A DNA stretch of 20,000 nt from an uncultured virus (IMG/VR IMGVR_UViG_3300031088_000469) (lineage: Duplodnaviria > Heunggongvirae > Uroviricota > Caudoviricetes). The translations under genes were made by a program, and so were the position numbers. Shown here one piece after another: positions 16,301 through 20,000 of the stretch; within the stretch, counting starts at the first letter, position 1, and each line of letters begins with the position of its first letter. Location: the IMG/VR virus record IMGVR_UViG_3300031088_000469; one strand, written 5' to 3'. Below the pieces are notes generated by a model. It was not told where the DNA came from. It worked only from the letters and a program-made list of their open reading frames with translations, and made no database searches.

Positions 16301-18445
16301 TTATCCACGGAACGATCCGCCGATCTGACCTGAGCCTACACCATTAGGCATGATGCAACGAGCCAATACGTCTGCTCCGTGCGCACCCCAACCGCGATTA
16401 CCGAAGTCGTTGTTGTTGACAGATGTTCTACCATCCCATCCACCTCGGATGTGGTAAGCACCACCCTGAATGAATACGTCGTAGTTGTACTGAACGGTAC
16501 CGGCTGAACATGAAGCACCCCATGCTGCTGTACGGTAAGCAGGAAGTCCAGGGTACTGAGTCCAGCTTGGTGCCTCTACGATTCTTCTCCACGAAGTAGC
16601 TACGGTACCGGTCTCTGTAGACGATGCAGAATCAATCTGGCAGCGACCCTTTGCAGTAACGGTCTGGACATAACCCTGAGTGGTGAACACACCGAAGCTA
16701 CCAGGGTTTGACCAGCTAGCGATAAGGATGTTGGTGTTGGCATCATCTCTCACGGTCTGCGTGACGTAGTACTTAGGTGAACCAGTAGAGCAAGCAAGAC
16801 CACTGACGGATACAGTTCCACGGCTGTCACTTGTGATGTTGACTGAACCAGTTGGTGCAGGAACACCCGCAAGCCAAGCGGCTGAAGTAGTAGCGTCGGT
16901 AGCACTATAGACGGTGTTTCCACCATTAGCAGACATACAACGCGCCTCCACCTTGACAGATGCGGTAGTACCAAGAGCACTTGTAACAGGCACTGTGAGG
17001 TAGTTAGCTGCCCAGTCCTTGATGAGGACTGTAGATGCCTTGCTATCTCTTGTTGCATAGGATGCCTTGTACTGAGTCACAGTATTAGGTGCACATGTTG
17101 CGGCAGCCCACTTAGCAGTACCGGAAGTCGTTCCAGTAACTGTCACAGCACCCATGTCAGGAGCCTTATCGATAGGCGATGTAACCTTAGCTTCGTTCGA
17201 CTTCAAGCTGGCACTAGAAGCACCGAATGATGCGTTAGTGCACTGAGCTTCTACAACCCAACCCTGAGTAGATCCCTGTAGAACATCGGCAGCAGGAAGA
17301 ACATAGCTGTACTTTCCATTGTTGGCAACGTAAGGTGCCCACTGAGGTGTCGTTCCATAGTTACCCGCCGCGTTGTTCTGAGTAACCTTGCTGATACGGA
17401 AGTTGATACCGTATCCGAACTTACAAGACTGCTCATCCCATGTGAGGATGTTGTTGGTGCCAGACTTGGTGTAAGCAAGGTTGGTGGGGGCGACAGGAAC
17501 CAAGTTGTCTAGGTCGTAGTTAGGAAGCGTTGCGAGGTTGATGAACGCAGCAGTTCCGGTACCAGCGGGACCGATACCACGAACAGAAACAAGGTTGCCG
17601 GGAGTAGTTGAAGAACAGGTCCACTTGGTGTAGTCGTTCTGATCCTTGCTCTTATCGAGAGTGATGTAACCATCTGCGAGGATGTCAGCGCCCGTGTCAG
17701 GTGCCTTATTGAAGCAGGCAGAGTTCTTAGTGGAGTCAACACGGTAGCCCGTTAGAACAGCCTCTGCGGCGTTCTTGGGCTTATCCCAAGCCAACACAGT
17801 ACCGAACTGAGCAGAACGTACAACGCGAAGGTTCAGTGGAGCAGAAGCCTTGGTGCCTGGTCGGTTGATCGTGGGGTAGTCATCGATGCTGGATACCGTA
17901 GGAACCTGCTCGTACAAACCTAGAGGCTCTAGTGATGCATTCGGGTTAGAAGCAGCATCAGTGAATGCCCACAAAGGACGCTTGGTGTTCGGGTCAAAAC
18001 CCTTGAACACGGTTGCAGATGTCGGACGGTACTGAACACCCCATGAGAGCGGTTCACCAGGACTCTTGACGAGATCCACAACAACGACAGCATTGATCCA
18101 ACCGTTATTGTCTACGCTGAAGTTGCTGACATAGGTATCCGCATTCAGGTTAGGAATTGTTCGCTTCGTCTCTGATGCCAACTGTGCAGGAGACATCTCA
18201 GCAAACCGGGTTGGAAGCTGGGTGTTGATGTCATCCAGTAGGTAGGACGAAGCGACCTCTGTTGCCGAAACCATGTTGGTACGGCGGTTGTCCTGGTACT
18301 GAATAAATAGCTGAGTCAATGCTGTAGAGACAATTAGCGCAATGATTCCGGGAATCATCATGCTGACAAGTAGAACCTGTGTCATGGAGGCTTTGTCACT
18401 ACGCCAGAACTTCTTGATGGCGCTATTGATGGTGGTGTTAATCAT
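16301..18445 (-). CDS. Prepilin-like (PilX/GspK-type) protein with five Cys-paired FN3-like modules (714 aa)
   Basis: Leader KKFWRSDKA|, then a hydrophobic helix lacking E5. FN3 hallmarks APLNLRV..LAWDKP..LTGYRV..VSVRGIG and APTNLAY..LTWDE. Modules 2-5 end in EAQC, EARC, KGRC and LARC. 10 Cys. GGAAGGGAG SD. Confidence 0.75.
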   Translation of the reverse strand: MINTTINSAIKKFWRSDKASMTQVLLVSMMIPGIIALIVSTALTQLFIQYQDNRRTNMVSATEVASSYLLDDINTQLPTRFAEMSPAQLASETKRTIPNLNADTYVSNFSVDNNGWINAVVVVDLVKSPGEPLSWGVQYRPTSATVFKGFDPNTKRPLWAFTDAASNPNASLEPLGLYEQVPTVSSIDDYPTINRPGTKASAPLNLRVVRSAQFGTVLAWDKPKNAAEAVLTGYRVDSTKNSACFNKAPDTGADILADGYITLDKSKDQNDYTKWTCSSTTPGNLVSVRGIGPAGTGTAAFINLATLPNYDLDNLVPVAPTNLAYTKSGTNNILTWDEQSCKFGYGINFRISKVTQNNAAGNYGTTPQWAPYVANNGKYSYVLPAADVLQGSTQGWVVEAQCTNASFGASSASLKSNEAKVTSPIDKAPDMGAVTVTGTTSGTAKWAAATCAPNTVTQYKASYATRDSKASTVLIKDWAANYLTVPVTSALGTTASVKVEARCMSANGGNTVYSATDATTSAAWLAGVPAPTGSVNITSDSRGTVSVSGLACSTGSPKYYVTQTVRDDANTNILIASWSNPGSFGVFTTQGYVQTVTAKGRCQIDSASSTETGTVATSWRRIVEAPSWTQYPGLPAYRTAAWGASCSAGTVQYNYDVFIQGGAYHIRGGWDGRTSVNNNDFGNRGWGAHGADVLARCIMPNGVGSGQIGGSFRG

Positions 18446-18462
18446 GAGTCCGTCTCCCTTCC

Positions 18463-20000
18463 TTAAAGGTTCTCTACCTGAGTGATTTCTTTGGTGGTGA
18501 AGATAACTGGGTTACCTGTCTGACCATTCTTGCCAACTGCGGTGACGCGGAAGCTCTCGCATGTGCTTGCACGCATGTCTGCTTCGTTAGTGAATGTACC
18601 CAAAGAGTACACGTTGGAACCGGCAGCGGCGGGAGTTACCGACTTTTGAACGGTATCGCACTTAGGGTTCGTACCCTTACCAACTACGTTGAAGTGGTCA
18701 ACAGCAGCAACGTTAGGGTGATCGAACTTCAGGCTCCACTTAGTCTGAGTGGCGGTAGATGAAAGCTTAGGGTTCGTGACGAGACCCGGAGCTACCTGAG
18801 AACCACCAGCATCGACGCTGACTACCTTGTTGATGCCAGCAGTAAGGAAGCTAATCTCAGAAGAGGTGTAGTTGTTCGTTCCGATAGTGGTGACGTAGTA
18901 ACGGTCACATGCCGCTGCCTTCAAGGCTGTAATCGAAGCGTAAGAGCCAATCTTCAAGATGCTGTCTTGTCCATTGGTGGCATTTCCACGCTTGATTGTC
19001 TGAGTGCTAGTAACACAACCAGCCTTGGTGCCAGTACCACGAATCTGGTAAGAGTTGACCTCAGGACCGGTTAGTGGGTTCTGGAAGGTGAAGTACCAGT
19101 TGGTTCCGTCAGAAGCCCAGGCTGGGTCAGAGACAATGTGAGGCACGTTAGCGTCAGTGCTACCTTCTTCATTACGGATACACTCACCAGGAGCGCCAGT
19201 AGCGATGTCCTGAGTAACACACTCGCTGAGAAGCTGAGCTACAAAGAGGTCGCTGATCGTTCCGCGTGCGCCGTTGTCAACAACAATACGGACCTTCTCG
19301 GCGTTGAAGCAGGTAGAAGGCTGAGGCTTGTTAATTGTCGCAGAGTACCAAATGGTGTTACTGCTGTTGGTTGAAGACAGCGGGACTGTCTCGAAAAGCT
19401 TGTCAGCGATAACGAGGTGCTGAACAGAGCTAGGTCGAAGACCATTCTTGCTTTCCCACTTGAATGTAATGCGGAGACGGTCAGGAGTAGTAGCTGCACA
19501 ACCATCGAATGTTCCAATGTTGACAACACGGTTGCTGTTCACATCGAGGGTAGGAGAATTAGTTCCGGTTGCAGGCTGAACGTCAGCTTGACCATAGTTC
19601 ATTCCCGTCCAAGATGGAGGTAGACCTTCGGAAAGAGTAGGGGTCTTGGTGTACTGGTAGTAGATGCAAGACTTTGTGTTGGCTCCACGTGGGTCATTGC
19701 AGAAAGACTCATTTACGTTTGCACGGGGCGCGACAAGCTTGATGACAAAACCACCAGAGGAATCCAGAGCATCGACAGCATATCGAATGCCGAAGTTGAA
19801 CTTAGAGTCTACGTCTGCTTTCTGATTCTGGTTGGACTCGTAGACAGCAAGAACTTCGTTCCAAGGCTTCGTTTCGAATTCCTCGATAGACCAGGAGCGA
19901 AGATCCTTCTGCCTCTCAGCATCGACAGCCGTGATAGACGTAGTTGCGAGGAAGTTGGTGAAGAATGTCATCGCGGGAACGATCAAGATGATAGCTACAA
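18463..20000 (-). CDS. Pilin-like (PilV/GspI-type) protein with two duplicated Cys-paired FN3-like C-terminal modules; 5' end outside the window
   Basis: The frame stays open to the window edge (..VAIILIVPAMTFF hydrophobic helix), followed by SWSIEEFETKPWNEV. Duplicated modules VSDP..W.F.F..P..V..Y.I.GTGT..C...C..Y.VT.IG.N and VTNP..W.L.F..P..V..F.V.GKGT..C...C..F.VT.VG.N. 10 Cys visible. Confidence 0.7.
   Translation of the reverse strand, partial: VAIILIVPAMTFFTNFLATTSITAVDAERQKDLRSWSIEEFETKPWNEVLAVYESNQNQKADVDSKFNFGIRYAVDALDSSGGFVIKLVAPRANVNESFCNDPRGANTKSCIYYQYTKTPTLSEGLPPSWTGMNYGQADVQPATGTNSPTLDVNSNRVVNIGTFDGCAATTPDRLRITFKWESKNGLRPSSVQHLVIADKLFETVPLSSTNSSNTIWYSATINKPQPSTCFNAEKVRIVVDNGARGTISDLFVAQLLSECVTQDIATGAPGECIRNEEGSTDANVPHIVSDPAWASDGTNWYFTFQNPLTGPEVNSYQIRGTGTKAGCVTSTQTIKRGNATNGQDSILKIGSYASITALKAAACDRYYVTTIGTNNYTSSEISFLTAGINKVVSVDAGGSQVAPGLVTNPKLSSTATQTKWSLKFDHPNVAAVDHFNVVGKGTNPKCDTVQKSVTPAAAGSNVYSLGTFTNEADMRASTCESFRVTAVGKNGQTGNPVIFTTKEITQVENL

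Noticed and set aside
12619..20000. Phage tail fibres/minor tail proteins or sortase-assembled pilins
   Set aside because: The N-terminal membrane helices with charged leaders and paired Cys indicate export. There is no LPxTG or C-terminal anchor, and no virion genes in the window.

Overview
A gene-dense window (~50% GC by eye), mostly on the minus strand, with no housekeeping genes, no RNA genes, no CRISPR and no recognisable phage structural genes. It looks like part of a very large mobile element (megaplasmid, giant ICE or jumbo phage) of an actinobacterium. Support: an actinobacterial-type membrane-anchored DsbA, several leaderless-type starts, sigma70/SigA promoters, many orphan ORFs, and no GGCC found in a manual scan. 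Left and middle: hypothetical proteins, a stand-alone DUF262 (GmrS-like) protein, DsbA, a membrane protein with a perfect (PE)18 hexamer repeat, two paralogous Cys-motif/2-TM proteins, a degenerate FtsK/HerA-like domain, and two paralogous proteins each built from a duplicated ~200-aa domain. Right: two lipoproteins and three large secreted proteins. Each of the three has a type IV minor-pilin-like N-terminus (PilW/GspJ-, PilX/GspK- and PilV/GspI-like) fused to fibronectin-III-like modules, most closed by a Cys pair. The best candidate for an undescribed system is an element-encoded type IV pilus tip complex with disulfide-stapled FN3 arms and its own DsbA. All family calls come from motif recognition by eye; no database search was run.
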